From: Vulcanimicrobiota bacterium
GTDB taxonomy: Bacteria > Vulcanimicrobiota > Vulcanimicrobiia > Eremiobacterales > Eremiobacteraceae
Reading direction: 5' to 3'
Length of the DNA stretch: 64,000 nt
Assembly: GCA_963805945.1 (NCBI GenBank)
Contig: CAWDVP010000006.1
Coordinates: 192,001 to 256,000, forward strand
A program made the position numbers and the translations under genes. The notes beneath the pieces are model-generated. The model made no database searches. It was not told where the DNA came from and was given only the letters and a program-made list of their open reading frames with translations. Of the stretch, positions 19,290 to 32,235 are shown piece by piece. Each line of letters opens with the position of its first letter. The stretch's first letter is position 1.

Positions 19290-20085
19290 GCATACCTCCG
19301 TTCGCCACGCGCCGTTCGAGTTCAGCCCGTTCGGCTTCGTCGACGACAGTCAGGATCTCATAGCCCTCCGGCCGCACCGCGACCGTGTGCTCGAAGTGCG
19401 CGGATAGCGTGCCGTCCGCGGTGACCACGGTCCAGTGATCTTCGAGCGTGCGCACGTCGGGCTTGCCTGCGTTGACCATCGGCTCGATGGCCAGCACCAT
19501 GCCTGGCTTGAGCACCGCGCCCATGCCCTTGCGTCCGAAGTTCGGCACGGCCGGATCTTCGTGCAGGTGTCTGCCCACGCCGTGCCCCACGAGCGCGCGC
19601 ACCACGGAGTAGCCGTTGCTCTCGACGTAGGTCTGCACCGCGTTGCCGATGTCCGACACGTGCGCGCCCGCGTGCATCGCGCCGATGCCGATGTACAGCG
19701 CCTCTTCGGTCACCGTCATGAGCTTGCGTGCCGCCGCAGACACGTCGCCGACCGCGACCGTGCACGCCATGTCCGAGTACCAGCCGTCCACCACCGCGCC
19801 GATGTCGATCTTGAGCAGATCGCCCTCGCGCAGCGCCCTGTCGCCCGGGATGCCGTGCACGACCTGTTCGTTGATGGACGAGCAGATAGAACCGGCGAAA
19901 CCGTTGTAGCCGAGGAAAGCCGGCACGCCGCCGAGCTCCCGGATGAGCCGGTCCGCGAGCGCGTCGATCTCCTTGGTGGTCGCGCCCGGACGCACCGCGC
20001 GGCGGACTTCCGCGAGCGCGCTCGCGTTGACCCGGCCGCTCTCGCGCATCTTCTGCAGCTCGCGCTCGCTCTTGCAGCTGATCAC
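19246..20085 (-). CDS. map: Methionine aminopeptidase type I
   Basis: [42 protein letters not shown] start overlapping the adk stop. Confidence 0.97.
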   Translation of the reverse strand: MISCKSERELQKMRESGRVNASALAEVRRAVRPGATTKEIDALADRLIRELGGVPAFLGYNGFAGSICSSINEQVVHGIPGDRALREGDLLKIDIGAVVDGWYSDMACTVAVGDVSAAARKLMTVTEEALYIGIGAMHAGAHVSDIGNAVQTYVESNGYSVVRALVGHGVGRHLHEDPAVPNFGRKGMGAVLKPGMVLAIEPMVNAGKPDVRTLEDHWTVVTADGTLSAHFEHTVAVRPEGYEILTVVDEAERAELERRVANGGMLGATQTRRNAAAFG

Positions 20086-20762
20086 TTCGTCTGCACCTTG
20101 ACCTCGCCGCGCGCCGCCGCCACGATCTCCTCGTGGACGACGTCGACCGGCTGCGTCCCCAGCACGCGATGCAGCACGCCCTTCTTCTCGTAGAACGCGA
20201 TGAGCGGACGCGTCGAGCGGTGGTACACGTCCAAGCGGTTGGCCACCGTCCTCTCGCTGTCGTCCTCGCGCTGGATGAGCGCATGACCGCAGCGATCGCA
20301 CACGCCCGTCTTCTTGGGCGGAGCGAATTCCATGTGATAGTTCGCACCGCAGTTCGGACAGACGCGCCTGCCGGTGAGCCGGCGCAGCAGCTCCTCGCGC
20401 GGCACGGTGAGCTTCACCACCGCGTCGAGATGCTGGCCGAGCCGCAACAGCAGCGCGTCGAGCGCTTCCGCTTGCGCGGGCGTCCGCGGGAATCCGTCGA
20501 GGATCCAGCCGCGCGCCACGTCGGGCTGCTGGAGGCGTTCCTCCACCAGGGCGATGGTGACGTCGTCCGGCACGAGCTCGCCCTTGTCCATGTACGACGC
20601 GGCGATGATGCCCATCGGGGTGCCCGCTTTTTTGGCCGCGCGGAACATGTCGCCGGTCGCGATGTGCGGCACTCCGTACGTCGCGATCAGCAATTCGGCT
20701 TGGGTGCCTTTGCCTGCGCCCGGTGCTCCGATCAGCAGCAGGCGGAAACCGTCCGTGCTCAC
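20082..20762 (-). CDS. adk: Adenylate kinase with Zn-finger lid
   Basis: GAPGAGKGTQA, LDGFPRT, CPNC...CDRC lid; GTG at 20762. Confidence 0.97.
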   Translation of the reverse strand: MSTDGFRLLLIGAPGAGKGTQAELLIATYGVPHIATGDMFRAAKKAGTPMGIIAASYMDKGELVPDDVTIALVEERLQQPDVARGWILDGFPRTPAQAEALDALLLRLGQHLDAVVKLTVPREELLRRLTGRRVCPNCGANYHMEFAPPKKTGVCDRCGHALIQREDDSERTVANRLDVYHRSTRPLIAFYEKKGVLHRVLGTQPVDVVHEEIVAAARGEVKVQTK

Positions 20763-22054
20763 TGCTTTATGAACCCCTTGTAGTCGCGCATCGCCAAGCG
20801 TGCTTCGAGCTGCGTCATCGTGTCGAGCGCCACGCCGACGACGATCAGCAGCGACGTGCTGCCCAAGAAGATCGTCGTGATGTGCGTGACCGCCTGGCTC
20901 ACGTTGGGCAGGATCGCCAGCACGCCGAGGTAGAGCGCGGCCACCAGCGTGATGCGATGCAGGATCTTCTGCAGATAGTCCGTGGTCGGCTTGCCGGGCC
21001 GGATGCCCGGGATGAAACCGCCTTGCTTCTTGAGCGAGTCGCCGATGTCCATGATGTTGATGACGACTTCGCTGTAGAAGAACGTGAAGCCGACCACCAG
21101 CAAGAAGTACACCAGGTTGTAGAGGAAGCTGCCGTAGTTGAAATACAGGCTCATGAAACGGTTGAAGCCTTCGGCGAGCGGCGTGTGGTACTGATTCGCC
21201 CAGGCCGCGATCTGCTGCGGCAGCAGCAGGATCGAGATCGCGAAGATGATCGAGATGACGCCGGCGTTGTTGAGGCGCAGCGGGATGTAAGTGCTGCGCC
21301 CGCCGTAGACCTTGCGGCCCACCACGCGCTTGGCGTACTGCACCGGCACGCGGCGCTGGCCCTGATACATGAAGACGATCGAGATGAGCGAGAGCAGGGC
21401 GATGCCCACGAAGATGCCCAGGCCGAGCCAGTTGAGGCCGCCGGCGGCGCCGAGCGAGATCGTCTCTTTGAAGTAGGTCGGGTAGCGCAGGATGATGCCG
21501 ACGAAGATGATGAGCGAGACGCCGTTGCCGACGCCCTTGTCGGTGATCTGCTCGCCCAGCCACATGAGCCAGACCGTGCCGGCGGTGAGGACGAGGACGA
21601 CCGCGACGAGATAGAACGCGTCCGTGCGCTCGAAGACCTGCTGCCGGTTCAACGCGATCACCATGGTCGTCGCCTGGATGAGGGCGAGCACGACCGTCAG
21701 CCAGCGCGTCCATAGACCGACGCGCTTGCGGCCTTCCTCGCCGCCGTGCTGCATCAGCTCTTTGACCTCGGGGAACACCACCGTCGCTAGCTGCATGATG
21801 ATGCTCGCGTTGATGTAGGGCGTGATGCCCATCGCGATCACCGAGAAGTGCTGCAGCGCGCCACCCGACAGGAAGCCGAGGAAGTTCAAGAACTGGCCTT
21901 GGTTGAGGATCTGCTGCCACTTGGTGATGTCGACGTACGGCACGGGCACGTAGACCGCCATGACGAACAGGGCGAACGCGCCGAATACGAAGAGCAGCCG
22001 GTTGCGGAGCTCCGGTACGACGAGCGCGTTGGCCAGGTTACGCCACATCAACAT
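20759..22054 (-). CDS. secY: Preprotein translocase SecY
   Basis: MGITPYINASII, WLGEQITDKGVGNGVSL, FIPGIRPG. Confidence 0.99.
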   Translation of the reverse strand: MLMWRNLANALVVPELRNRLLFVFGAFALFVMAVYVPVPYVDITKWQQILNQGQFLNFLGFLSGGALQHFSVIAMGITPYINASIIMQLATVVFPEVKELMQHGGEEGRKRVGLWTRWLTVVLALIQATTMVIALNRQQVFERTDAFYLVAVVLVLTAGTVWLMWLGEQITDKGVGNGVSLIIFVGIILRYPTYFKETISLGAAGGLNWLGLGIFVGIALLSLISIVFMYQGQRRVPVQYAKRVVGRKVYGGRSTYIPLRLNNAGVISIIFAISILLLPQQIAAWANQYHTPLAEGFNRFMSLYFNYGSFLYNLVYFLLVVGFTFFYSEVVINIMDIGDSLKKQGGFIPGIRPGKPTTDYLQKILHRITLVAALYLGVLAILPNVSQAVTHITTIFLGSTSLLIVVGVALDTMTQLEARLAMRDYKGFIKQ

Positions 22055-22061
22055 CGGGTCG

Positions 22062-22520
22062 TCAGTCCTCGAACACCGCGCCGGCGGCTTCGAGCTTGGC
22101 CCGAGCCGGGGTGGAGAACACGACGTCGCGGAAACGCAGACCCTTGGGCGCGTCGCCCGTGCCGAGGATCTTGACGCCGTCGCGCTGCTTGACCACGAGG
22201 CCGGCCGCGTGCAGCGCCTCGGGATTGACTTCGACCTTCGGATCCCAGTCGGCGAGATGCGCGATGTTGAGCACCGAGTACTCGGTGCGGAAGATCACCG
22301 TCGAGCGCGCCTTTTGCGACACGCCTTTGCGCTGCGGCAGGCGACGGAACCACGGCGTCTGGCCGCCCTCGAACGTGCGGCCCTTGCCGCCGCCGCTGCG
22401 CGCCGTCTGGCCCTTGCCGCCCTTGCCGGACGTCTTGACCATGCCGCTGCCATGGCCGCGCCCGACGCGCGTCCGCTTCTGCTTGCTGCCCGGGGCGGGC
22501 TTAAGATGCGACAGGTTCAC
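22062..22520 (-). CDS. rplO: 50S ribosomal protein L15
   Basis: [16 protein letters not shown]. Confidence 0.98.
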   Translation of the reverse strand: MNLSHLKPAPGSKQKRTRVGRGHGSGMVKTSGKGGKGQTARSGGGKGRTFEGGQTPWFRRLPQRKGVSQKARSTVIFRTEYSVLNIAHLADWDPKVEVNPEALHAAGLVVKQRDGVKILGTGDAPKGLRFRDVVFSTPARAKLEAAGAVFED

Positions 22521-23028
22521 TCTCGACCTCCCGTCCGAAGAGCTCCGCGAGCGTCTTGCCGCGCTGTTTGGCCACTTGTTCCGCAGTGCGCAGCCGCTTG
22601 AGGCCGTCCACGGTCGCCATGATCACGTTGATCGGGTTGTTGGTGCCCAGGGATTTCGTGAGGATGTCGTGCACGCCGGCGAGCTCGAGCACGGCGCGCA
22701 TGGCGCCGCCCGCGATGACGCCGGTGCCCTTGCTGGCGGGCTTCATCATCACTTTGCCCGCGCCGACATGGGCTTCGATGGGATGCGGGATGGTGCGCCC
22801 GACCATCGGCACGGTGATGAGCGCGCGCCGCGCCGCTTCGACGCCCTTGCGGATCGCCTCTGGGACTTCGCGCGCTTTGCCAAGCCCGTACCCCACGCGC
22901 CCTTGCCGATCGCCGACGACGACGAGCGCGCTGAAGCTGAAGCGCTTGCCGCCTTTGACGACCTTGGCCACGCGGTTGACCCGGACGACTTGCTCTTCGA
23001 GTCCCGAACCGTCAGAAATTCGTGCCAC
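22501..23028 (-). CDS. rpsE: 30S ribosomal protein S5
   Basis: [22 protein letters not shown]. Confidence 0.99.
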   Translation of the reverse strand: MARISDGSGLEEQVVRVNRVAKVVKGGKRFSFSALVVVGDRQGRVGYGLGKAREVPEAIRKGVEAARRALITVPMVGRTIPHPIEAHVGAGKVMMKPASKGTGVIAGGAMRAVLELAGVHDILTKSLGTNNPINVIMATVDGLKRLRTAEQVAKQRGKTLAELFGREVESEPVAS

Positions 23029-23031
23029 TAT

Positions 23032-23400
23032 CTAAAACTCCAAACCGGCGCTGCGCGCAGCGTCCGCCAGCGCTTTGATGCGCCCGTGGTACTTATAGCC
23101 GCCGCGATCGAACACGACCGCTGCGATGCCCTTCTCCTTGGCGCGCTGCGCCACGACCGTGCCGACGCGCTCGGCCGCCGGAGCGCCCGAGAGCGATTTC
23201 AGACCCGCCGCGACGTCTTTTTCGCGGGTCGACGCGGCGACGATCGTGTGTCCCGTCGCATCGTCGATGACCTGCGCGTAGAGATGATGCAGGCTGCGGA
23301 AGACGGAGAGCCGAGGCCGCTGCGCGGTCCCGTTGAGGCGCTTGCGCACCCGGCCGTGCCGGCGCACGCGCAGCGCGTTACGGCTTTTGATGGTCGCCAT
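23032..23400 (-). CDS. rplR: 50S ribosomal protein L18
   Basis: [20 protein letters not shown]. Confidence 0.99.
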   Translation of the reverse strand: MATIKSRNALRVRRHGRVRKRLNGTAQRPRLSVFRSLHHLYAQVIDDATGHTIVAASTREKDVAAGLKSLSGAPAAERVGTVVAQRAKEKGIAAVVFDRGGYKYHGRIKALADAARSAGLEF

Positions 23401-23402
23401 GT

Positions 23403-23966
23403 CTACTTCTTACCTCCGGCGCCGCCGGCTGCCTTACCGGCCTTGCCGAGTTTCCTGCGCACGCGCTCGCCCTCGTAGCGGATGCCCTTGCCCTTGTACG
23501 GCTCGGGCGGCCGCACGCTGCGGATCTGCGCCGCCAGCTGGCCGACCTGCTGTTTGTCGGCGCCGCTGATGATGATCTTGTTCGTGCCCTCCACCTTGAT
23601 GTCGATGCCCGCCGGCGGTTCGATGACCACCGGATGCGAGTAGCCGACCGCAAGGTTGAGGGTCTTGCCCTGCGCCTGCGCGCGATAGCCGACGCCGACG
23701 ATGTCGAGCGTCTTCGAGAAGCCGTTCGTCACGCCGAGCACCATGTTGGCGATAAGCGTGCGTGTGAGGCCGTGCAGCTGCTTGTTGCGCTTCGCGTCGT
23801 CCGGGCGCGACACGGAGAGCGTGCCGTCCTCGAGCTTGACCGAGATCGGCTCAGCGCAGTGCAGCGTCAACTCGCCCTTGGGGCCCTTGACGGTCACGAT
23901 GCGTTCCTTGACGCCGACGTTGACGCCGGCCGGCACGCTGATGGGCATCCGCCCGATTCTACTCAT
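23403..23966 (-). CDS. rplF: 50S ribosomal protein L6
   Basis: [21 protein letters not shown]. Confidence 0.99.
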   Translation of the reverse strand: MSRIGRMPISVPAGVNVGVKERIVTVKGPKGELTLHCAEPISVKLEDGTLSVSRPDDAKRNKQLHGLTRTLIANMVLGVTNGFSKTLDIVGVGYRAQAQGKTLNLAVGYSHPVVIEPPAGIDIKVEGTNKIIISGADKQQVGQLAAQIRSVRPPEPYKGKGIRYEGERVRRKLGKAGKAAGGAGGKK

Positions 23967-23976
23967 CGTCGTTCCC

Positions 23977-24378
23977 TTACCACACGAACGCCATGACTTC
24001 GCCGCCGGTGCCCATCCGCTTGGCCTGCTTGCCGCTGATGATGCCCTTCGGCGTCGACAGGATGACCAGGCCCAAGCCGCCCATGCATTTGGGGATCTCG
24101 CCTTTGGGCGTGTAGATGCGCAGCCCCGGGCGGCTGATGCGCTTGAGGCCGTTGATCACGCGCTCTTTGCCCGTGCCGTACTTGAGCGTGAGCCGGATCG
24201 TGTCGCGCGGTTGCTGCGGCACGACGTCGTAGCTCTTGATGAAGCCCTCAGCCTTGAGCAGCTTCGCCAACTCGAGTTTCACGCGCGATGCCGGGATGTC
24301 GACGCGCTCCAGGAACGCGGTGTTCGCGTTGCGGATGCGCGTGAGCATATCGGCGACCGGATCGGTTATCGTTCCCAT
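23977..24378 (-). CDS. rpsH: 30S ribosomal protein S8
   Basis: [21 protein letters not shown]. Confidence 0.99.
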   Translation of the reverse strand: MGTITDPVADMLTRIRNANTAFLERVDIPASRVKLELAKLLKAEGFIKSYDVVPQQPRDTIRLTLKYGTGKERVINGLKRISRPGLRIYTPKGEIPKCMGGLGLVILSTPKGIISGKQAKRMGTGGEVMAFVW

Positions 24379-24399
24379 ATCCCTCTGTCAGTCCTCAAC

Positions 24400-24585
24400 T
24401 CACCAGGACGCCTTGACGACGCCCGGAACTTTGCCCGCGTGGGCCAACTCGCGGAAGCAGATGCGGCACAACGCGAACTTGCGCACGTAGCCCTTCGGGC
24501 GGCCGCAGCGCAGGCAGCGGTTGTGCTGGCGCACCTTGAACTTCGGCGTGCGCTTGCTCTTCTCGATCAGGCAGGTCTTGGCCAT
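24400..24585 (-). CDS. rpsN: 30S ribosomal protein S14, short Zn-binding (type Z) form
   Basis: 61 aa, RCLRCGRP...LCRICFRE...KASW. Confidence 0.98.
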   Translation of the reverse strand: MAKTCLIEKSKRTPKFKVRQHNRCLRCGRPKGYVRKFALCRICFRELAHAGKVPGVVKASW

Positions 24586-25139
24586 CAGGCTGCCGCCCCT
24601 TCTTTGCGCAACGGCATCCCCATCTCGGTGAGGAACGCCAGTGCCTCTTCGTCGGTGCCGGCGGTCGTCACGATGACGATGTCCATGCCGCGCACGCGAT
24701 CGACCTTGTCGTAGTTGATCTCCGGGAACACGAGCTGCTCCTTGAGCCCGATCGCGTAGTTGCCGCGACCGTCGAGCGAATGCCGCGAAGTGCCGCGGAA
24801 ATCGCGGATGCGCGGCAGCACGATGTTGACGAGCTTGTCGAAGAACGCGTACATGCGCTCGCCGCGCAGCGTCACCTTCGCGCCGATCTGCATGCCCTCG
24901 CGCAGCTTGTAGACGGCGATGCTCTTCGTCGCGCGCGTCACCAGCGGCTTCTGCCCGGTGATCGCGGTGAGATCGGAGACCGCGCCGTCCATGGCCTTCG
25001 GCTCCGCCACGGCTTCGCCGACGCCCATGTTCACGACGATCTTCGTGAGGCGCGGGACCTGCATCGGATTCTTGTAGCCGAAACGCTTGGTGAGCGCCGG
25101 CATCACCGACTTCTCGTACTTCTCTCTCATTCGATTCAT
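24585..25139 (-). CDS. rplE: 50S ribosomal protein L5
   Basis: [30 protein letters not shown] at 25139. Confidence 0.98.
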   Translation of the reverse strand: MNRMREKYEKSVMPALTKRFGYKNPMQVPRLTKIVVNMGVGEAVAEPKAMDGAVSDLTAITGQKPLVTRATKSIAVYKLREGMQIGAKVTLRGERMYAFFDKLVNIVLPRIRDFRGTSRHSLDGRGNYAIGLKEQLVFPEINYDKVDRVRGMDIVIVTTAGTDEEALAFLTEMGMPLRKEGAAA

Positions 25140-25147
25140 ATGTCTGT

Positions 25148-25477
25148 CTACGCTTTCACCGGACGATCGGCGTGCTCGCCGCAGCGCCGGCACGTGCGCT
25201 CCTTGCCCTCGCCCTTGGCCACCCGCGCGAGCTTGCTCGGCTTCTGGCACTTCGGGCAGACGTACATGAGACGGCTCACGGGCATCGGCATCTCTTTTTC
25301 GATGATGCCGGCCTTGGCCTTAGGCGTCGCCTTCGAGTGGCGCTTCACGACGTTGACGCCCTCGACTTCGGCCACGCCGAGGTGACGGCGGATCAGCTTG
25401 ATCTTGCCGTGCTTGCCTTTGTATTTGCCGGACAGCACCAGCACGGTGTCGCCGGTCGCGAGTCTGGTCATGCCCAC
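25148..25477 (-). CDS. rplX: 50S ribosomal protein L24
   Basis: [25 protein letters not shown]-terminal CPKC...CRRC. Confidence 0.97.
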   Translation of the reverse strand: MGMTRLATGDTVLVLSGKYKGKHGKIKLIRRHLGVAEVEGVNVVKRHSKATPKAKAGIIEKEMPMPVSRLMYVCPKCQKPSKLARVAKGEGKERTCRRCGEHADRPVKA

Positions 25478-25478
25478 G

Positions 25479-25847
25479 CTAGAGCACCTCCGGTGCGAGC
25501 GAGATGATCTTCATGAAGTCGCGGTCGCGCAGCTCGCGGGCCACCGGCCCGAAGATGCGCGTGCCGCGCGGATTGTTCTGGTCGTTGAGCAGCACCGCCG
25601 CGTTCTCGTCGAAGCGGATGAACGAGCCGTCGGGGCGGCGCATCTTCTTCTTCTGACGGACGATGACGGCCGAGACGACGTTGCCCTTCTTCACCGCGGC
25701 GCCGGGGATGGCGGCCTTCACCGTCGCGACGACCACGTCGCCGACGTACGCGATCGGGTGGCGCGAGCCGCCCTTCACGTGGAACACCATGAGCTCGCGG
25801 GCGCCCGAGTTGTCGGCGACCTTGAGGCGTGTCTGCGCCTGGATCAT
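25479..25847 (-). CDS. rplN: 50S ribosomal protein L14
   Basis: [20 protein letters not shown]. Confidence 0.99.
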   Translation of the reverse strand: MIQAQTRLKVADNSGARELMVFHVKGGSRHPIAYVGDVVVATVKAAIPGAAVKKGNVVSAVIVRQKKKMRRPDGSFIRFDENAAVLLNDQNNPRGTRIFGPVARELRDRDFMKIISLAPEVL

Positions 25848-26131
25848 CGCGCCTTCTCCACTATCTCGAGCAGCCGCCAGCGCTTGCGCGCCGACAGCGG
25901 CCGCGTCTCGACGATGCGCACGAGATCGCCGGTCTTGGCCTCGTTGTTCTCGTCATGCGCCATGAAGCGTTCGGTGCGCTGGACGATCTTGCCATAGCGC
26001 GCGTCCGCCGACTGCGTCTCCGTGCGGACCACGATGCTCTTCTGCATCTTGTCCGACACGACGCGGCCGATCCGGACCTTGCGCCTGTTGCGCGCGTCGA
26101 TGGCGGTCTGTGTCGCTGCGTTATCCATCAT
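25844..26131 (-). CDS. rpsQ: 30S ribosomal protein S17
   Basis: [25 protein letters not shown]. Confidence 0.98.
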   Translation of the reverse strand: MMDNAATQTAIDARNRRKVRIGRVVSDKMQKSIVVRTETQSADARYGKIVQRTERFMAHDENNEAKTGDLVRIVETRPLSARKRWRLLEIVEKAR

Positions 26132-26334
26132 CAACCCGCCAACCGCCGCTGCGCCAGGACGGTGTAGAGCTGCGCGATCTCGCGCCGCAATTTGCTCACC
26201 GTGGCATGGTCTTCCAGATGCCCGGTGACGAGCTGGAACCGTAGATTGAACATCTCTTCCTTCGTCGCGGCGAGCTTCTCTTCGATCTCCCGCGTGGTCA
26301 GTTCGCGCACGCCGCGCAGTTCGCTAGGCTTCAA
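26131..26334 (-). CDS. rpmC: 50S ribosomal protein L29
   Basis: [12 protein letters not shown]...RREIA; probable TTG start at 26334. Confidence 0.95.
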   Translation of the reverse strand: MKPSELRGVRELTTREIEEKLAATKEEMFNLRFQLVTGHLEDHATVSKLRREIAQLYTVLAQRRLAG

Positions 26335-26755
26335 CGGAGTCACCCACCCCTTCACGACGCACGAGCTTCGTGGCGATCGGCAGCTTGGAGGCGGCCAGCT
26401 TGAGCGCTTCTTTGGCCACCGCCAGCTCGACGCCGGCGAGCTCGAACATGATGCGGCCCGGACGCACGACCGCGACCCAACCCTCGGGCGCGCCCTTGCC
26501 GGAGCCTTGGCGCGTCTCCGCCGGCTTCTTCGTATACGACTTGTCGGGGAACAGCGTGATCCACACCTTGCCGCCGCGTTTCATGTGGCGGGTGAGCGCG
26601 ATGCGTGCCGCCTCGATCTGCCGATTCGTGATCCACGCCGGCTCGAGCGCCTGCAAGCCGTATTCGCCGAAATGCAGCGAATTGCCGGATTGCGCGCGAC
26701 CCTTCATGCGGCCGCGCTGCATCTTGCGATACTTGACGCGTTTTGGCATCAACAT
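26324..26755 (-). CDS. rplP: 50S ribosomal protein L16
   Basis: [19 protein letters not shown]. Confidence 0.99.
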   Translation of the reverse strand: MLMPKRVKYRKMQRGRMKGRAQSGNSLHFGEYGLQALEPAWITNRQIEAARIALTRHMKRGGKVWITLFPDKSYTKKPAETRQGSGKGAPEGWVAVVRPGRIMFELAGVELAVAKEALKLAASKLPIATKLVRREGVGDSVEA

Positions 26756-26758
26756 CGG

Positions 26759-27628
26759 TTATGCTCCCTCCGCCGCGGGCGCTTCTGCCGCCGCGACTGC
26801 AGCCTCTGGGGCGGTCGGATTTATCCGACCGTCCGCCGCGTCGGCTGGCACCGCTTCCGGTCGAGCAAGCTCGACCGCTCCATCAGCCGCGGGAACCCCC
26901 GCTGCGGCGGGCACCGATCCTGGCACGCCAGGAGCGGCCTTCGTCGGACGCGGACGGCGCTCGCGCGCCGGACGCGCTTCGCCCTCTTGGCGCGGCCGCG
27001 CGTCCGGCAGCACTTCGCCGAGGTAGATCCAGACCTTCACGCCGATGCGGCCGTACGTGGTGTACGCCTCGACCGCCGCGTAGTCGATGTTGGCGCGCAG
27101 CGTGTGCAGCGGCACCTTGCCGTCATGGTTGCGTTCCACGCGCGCGATCTCGGCGCCGCCGAGCCGGCCGGAGCACTGCACCTTGATGCCGCGTGCGCCT
27201 GCCTTCATGGTGCGCTGGATCGCCTGGCGCATGGCGCGCCGGAAGGCGATGCGCTTCTCGAGCTGATCGATGATGTTGTTGGCCACGAGCTTCGCGTCGA
27301 GCTCCGGGTACTTGATCTCGACCACGTTGACGTTGACCGCCTTGCCGACGACGCGCTCCAGCTTACGGCGCAGCTCTTCGATGCCCGCACCGCGCTTGCC
27401 GATGATGATGCCGGGCTTGGCCGTGTTGATCACGACGCGCACCTGGTTCGCGCGGCGCTCGATGATGACGCGCGACACGCCCGCGGAGCGCGACAATTCG
27501 TCGATCACCTGGCGGATCTTCAGATCCTCGTGCAGCCGGTACTTGTACTGCTTGCCTTCGAACCACAGCGAGTCCCATGTCCGGACGATGCCGAGGCGGA
27601 AGCCGATCGGGTTGACCTTCTGGCCCAT
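26759..27628 (-). CDS. rpsC: 30S ribosomal protein S3 with long C-terminal tail containing two REP-derived segments
   Basis: [32 protein letters not shown]. Confidence 0.99.
   Translation of the reverse strand: MGQKVNPIGFRLGIVRTWDSLWFEGKQYKYRLHEDLKIRQVIDELSRSAGVSRVIIERRANQVRVVINTAKPGIIIGKRGAGIEELRRKLERVVGKAVNVNVVEIKYPELDAKLVANNIIDQLEKRIAFRRAMRQAIQRTMKAGARGIKVQCSGRLGGAEIARVERNHDGKVPLHTLRANIDYAAVEAYTTYGRIGVKVWIYLGEVLPDARPRQEGEARPARERRPRPTKAAPGVPGSVPAAAGVPAADGAVELARPEAVPADAADGRINPTAPEAAVAAAEAPAAEGA
26807..26882. repeat. Inverted pair of family B REPs inside rpsC
   Basis: TGGGGCGGTCGGATTTATCCGACCG (26807) and CGGTCGAGCAAGCTCGACCGCTCCA (26858-26882). Confidence 0.85.
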
Positions 27629-27629
27629 G

Positions 27630-27971
27630 TTAGCTTCCTTCTCCGTCCGAAACGGTGATGGTCACGTGCGATACTCTCTTTCTCTTCAGCCCGGCCGAAC
27701 CGCGCGCGCGCGCCTCGACCCGCTTCATCACCGGGCCGACGTCGACGATCGCCTTGCTCACGACGAGCTCTTCGGATTTCATGCCGTGGTTGTTCTCCGC
27801 GTTGGCGGCGGCCGAGCGCAGCAGCTTGTGCAGCGCCTTGCTCGCCTCCAAGGTCGAGAACGACAGCTCGACGAGCGCGCGATCGACGCGCTTGCCGCGG
27901 ATCACGTCGATCACGCGGCGCGCCTTGCGCGGCGTCACCTTAAGGAACTTCGCGGTCGCGTGCGCCTGCAT
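27630..27971 (-). CDS. rplV: 50S ribosomal protein L22
   Basis: [27 protein letters not shown]. Confidence 0.98.
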   Translation of the reverse strand: MQAHATAKFLKVTPRKARRVIDVIRGKRVDRALVELSFSTLEASKALHKLLRSAAANAENNHGMKSEELVVSKAIVDVGPVMKRVEARARGSAGLKRKRVSHVTITVSDGEGS

Positions 27972-28306
27972 CACTTCACCACCGCGGCCGCTGCCGTCGG
28001 ACCCGCCGCCGGGCCAGCCGCTGCCGCCGCTGCCGCGGCCTTTTCGCCGCTGCTGCCGTGGCCGCGGAAGATGCGCGTCGGCGCGAATTCGCCGAGCTTG
28101 TGGCCGACCATGTTCTCTTGGACGTACACGGGCACGTGCTTGCGCCCGTCGTGCACGGCGATCGTGTGACCCACCATGCTCGGCGAGATGGTCGAGGCGC
28201 GCGACCAGGTCTTGATGACCTTCTTCTCGCGCGTCGAGTTCATCTTCTCGATCTTCGCGAGCAGATGATCGGCGATGAACGGACCCTTCTTGGATGAACG
28301 GCTCAT
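27971..28306 (-). CDS. rpsS: 30S ribosomal protein S19 with Ala-rich tail
   Basis: [23 protein letters not shown]. Confidence 0.98.
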   Translation of the reverse strand: MSRSSKKGPFIADHLLAKIEKMNSTREKKVIKTWSRASTISPSMVGHTIAVHDGRKHVPVYVQENMVGHKLGEFAPTRIFRGHGSSGEKAAAAAAAAGPAAGPTAAAAVVK

Positions 28307-29130
28307 TTTTTGCTCCGGCGCTTCACGATGAACTTGTTGGTGCGCTTGTTGCGGCGCGTCTTCTTGCCCATGGTCATGACGCCCCACGGCGTCGTGGGCG
28401 GACGGCCCGCCGTCGAGCGCGCCTCGCCGCCGCCGTGCGGATGGTCGACCGGGTTCATCGCGATGCCGCGCACCTGCGGACGGCGTCCGAGCCAGCGCGT
28501 GCGGCCGGCCTTGCCGATGACCTGGTTCTCGTGCTCGATGTTGCCGAGCTGGCCGATGGTGGCGCGGCACAGGATCGCGATCTTGCGGACCTCGCCGGAC
28601 GGCATGCGGATCTGCGCGTAATCGCCTTCCTTGGCCATGAGCTGCGCGGCGCCGCCGGCGCTGCGCACCAGCTTGCCGCCGCCGGCCGGCGTCATCTCGA
28701 TATTGTGGATGATCGTGCCGAACGGGATGCTCGACAGCGGCAGCGCGTTGCCGGTCTTGATGTCGGCATCCGCGCCCGACACGACGCTGTCGCCCACCCC
28801 TAGGCCGAGCGGCGCCAAGATGTAGCGCTTCTCGCCGTCGCGATAGTGCAGCAGCGCGATGCGCGCCGAGCGGTTCGGATCGTACTCGATCGCCGCGACC
28901 TTGGCCGGCACGCCGTCTTTGCGGCGCGCGAAGTCGATCGTGCGGTACATCTTCTTGTGCCCGCCGCCGCGATGGCGCACGGTGATGTGACCGTTGAAGT
29001 TGCGGCCCGCCTGGCGCTTCTTCGGTTCGAGCAGCGCGTTCTCGGGCTTCTTCTTCGTGATGTCGTCGAACGACGTGATCGTCATGAAGCGGCGCCCGGG
29101 CGAGGTCGGCTTGAATTTCTTTATCGCCAT
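28303..29130 (-). CDS. rplB: 50S ribosomal protein L2
   Basis: [20 protein letters not shown]. Confidence 0.99.
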   Translation of the reverse strand: MAIKKFKPTSPGRRFMTITSFDDITKKKPENALLEPKKRQAGRNFNGHITVRHRGGGHKKMYRTIDFARRKDGVPAKVAAIEYDPNRSARIALLHYRDGEKRYILAPLGLGVGDSVVSGADADIKTGNALPLSSIPFGTIIHNIEMTPAGGGKLVRSAGGAAQLMAKEGDYAQIRMPSGEVRKIAILCRATIGQLGNIEHENQVIGKAGRTRWLGRRPQVRGIAMNPVDHPHGGGEARSTAGRPPTTPWGVMTMGKKTRRNKRTNKFIVKRRSKK

Positions 29131-29131
29131 A

Positions 29132-29446
29132 TCAAGACTCGAAGTAGTTCACGCCGCCGAGTTCGATCTTGTCGCCTTCTTTGAGCGTCACGATCGCCTT
29201 CTTCCAGGCGTTCTGCAGCACGACCGGGCGGCGCGTCGGACGGCGCATGTTGCGCCCCGTCTTGCACTGCACGGTCACCGTGTTCACGCGCAGCACCTTC
29301 ACCTTGAACATCTTCTCGACGGCCGCTTTCACGTGATGTTTGGTGGCGCGATGGTCGACTTCAAACGCGTATTGGGAACGCGCGGTGCCGGCCACCGACT
29401 TCTCGGTGACGATCGGCCGCCGCACGACGCGACGCAGTTCAGGCAC
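29132..29446 (-). CDS. rplW: 50S ribosomal protein L23
   Basis: [15 protein letters not shown]. Confidence 0.97.
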   Translation of the reverse strand: MPELRRVVRRPIVTEKSVAGTARSQYAFEVDHRATKHHVKAAVEKMFKVKVLRVNTVTVQCKTGRNMRRPTRRPVVLQNAWKKAIVTLKEGDKIELGGVNYFES

Positions 29447-30083
29447 CGCACACCTCCGCCAGCGCCTCGTAGGCGTTCTTCGTGAAGATGACGCGGTCGT
29501 TGCCGAGCAGCGAGTGCGGGTTCACCTCGCCATGCCCGACGATCGTCGCGTAGCGCAGGTTGCGCCCCGCCTGCTCGATCGCCGCCGCGTTCTCGTCGTT
29601 GTCGCGATGCAGCACCAAGAGCACGCGTTCGGTCCGCTTGTCGCCCCACAGCACGCCGAGCAGATCCTTCGTCTTGACCGGCGCCAGTCCGGACGCGTCG
29701 ATCACGGACAGCTGTCCGTCGCCCGTCTTCGCCGCGATCGCCATCGCCAGAGCCGCGCGCCGCGCGCTCTTGTTCATGCCGATGTTGTACGAGCGCGGGT
29801 GCGGGCCGAACACGACGCCGCCCTTGCGCCACAACGGCGAGCGGATGCTGCCCGCGCGGGCGCGCCCGGTGCCCTTCTGCCGCCACGGCTTGCGTCCGCC
29901 GCCCGCCACTTCGGCGCGCGTCTTCGTGTCGGCGCTGCCGGAGCGTCGATTCGCCAGGTGCCGCATCACGGCGAAATGGATCACCGACTCCTTCGGCTCG
30001 CGCGCGAACGCCGCCGGCACGTCGACCGTGCCGACCGCTTTGCCCGACTTGTCGAGCAGAGGGACGTGTGGAGCGTTCGTCAT
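29439..30083 (-). CDS. rplD: 50S ribosomal protein L4
   Basis: [22 protein letters not shown] at 30083. Confidence 0.98.
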   Translation of the reverse strand: MTNAPHVPLLDKSGKAVGTVDVPAAFAREPKESVIHFAVMRHLANRRSGSADTKTRAEVAGGGRKPWRQKGTGRARAGSIRSPLWRKGGVVFGPHPRSYNIGMNKSARRAALAMAIAAKTGDGQLSVIDASGLAPVKTKDLLGVLWGDKRTERVLLVLHRDNDENAAAIEQAGRNLRYATIVGHGEVNPHSLLGNDRVIFTKNAYEALAEVCGA

Positions 30084-30709
30084 TTCGTCTTCGCCTTCAC
30101 CGATGTCCGCACCACGACCACGCCGTTGCGCGGCCCGGGCACGCTGCCTTTGAGCAGCAGCAGATTGCGCTCGGCATCGGCGCGCACGACCTCGATGTTG
30201 AGCGAGGTGACCCGCTCCACGCCCATGCGGCCCGGCCGGTGGCTGCCCTTGACGGTCTTGGCCGCGTTGGTGTCGCCGTTGGAGCCGGGCTGGCGATGGA
30301 TCATCGAGCCGTGGCTCGCGCCGCCGCCCACGCCGTTCCAACGCTTGATGATGCCCGCGAAGCCGCTGCCCTTGCTCGTGCCGATGACGTCGACTTTGTC
30401 GCCGACCGCGAACTCGCTGACGGTGACCGTGTCGCCCGCCTTGGCGTCCGCGATATCGGTGCGGAACTCGCGCAGGTGCGTCTTCGGCGCCGTGTTGAGC
30501 TTCTCAAAACGGCCCTTCATGGCTTTGCTGAGCTGCTTGTGCTTGGCGTCTTCGAAGCCGAGCACGACCGCCTCATAGCCGTCACGCTCGCGCTCTTTGC
30601 GCTCGACCACGGGGCACGGGCCGGCCTCGATCACGGTCACGGGGACGTAATCCCCGTTCTCCGTGAAGACGTTGGCCATGCCCAGCTTGCGGCCGATGAT
30701 GTTCTTCAT
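30080..30709 (-). CDS. rplC: 50S ribosomal protein L3
   Basis: [23 protein letters not shown]. Confidence 0.98.
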   Translation of the reverse strand: MKNIIGRKLGMANVFTENGDYVPVTVIEAGPCPVVERKERERDGYEAVVLGFEDAKHKQLSKAMKGRFEKLNTAPKTHLREFRTDIADAKAGDTVTVSEFAVGDKVDVIGTSKGSGFAGIIKRWNGVGGGASHGSMIHRQPGSNGDTNAAKTVKGSHRPGRMGVERVTSLNIEVVRADAERNLLLLKGSVPGPRNGVVVVRTSVKAKTK

Positions 30710-30714
30710 TGTCC

Positions 30715-31023
30715 TCAGGCCTTCAGTTCGATGTCCACGCCCGCCGGAAGATCGAGGTGCATCAGAGCGTCCATCGTCTTGGCGGATGCTTGGAGTATGT
30801 CGATCAAGCGCTTGTGGGTGCGGATCTCGAAGTGCTCGCGGCTCTTCTTATCCACGTGCGGCGAGCGCAGCACGCACCAGCGCCGGATCTCGGTCGGCAG
30901 CGGCACCGGGCCGCTGATGAACGCACCGGTCCGCTTCGCGGTCTCCGCAATCCGCTCGGCCGACTGGTCGAGGATCTTGTGGTCGTACGCGCGCAGGCGG
31001 ATGCGGATCTTCTGACGTGCCAT
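30715..31023 (-). CDS. rpsJ: 30S ribosomal protein S10
   Basis: [25 protein letters not shown]. Confidence 0.99.
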   Translation of the reverse strand: MARQKIRIRLRAYDHKILDQSAERIAETAKRTGAFISGPVPLPTEIRRWCVLRSPHVDKKSREHFEIRTHKRLIDILQASAKTMDALMHLDLPAGVDIELKA

Positions 31024-31025
31024 GT

Positions 31026-32220
<1,195 letters not shown>

Positions 32221-32235
32221 TGCTTTACTCCGTCT

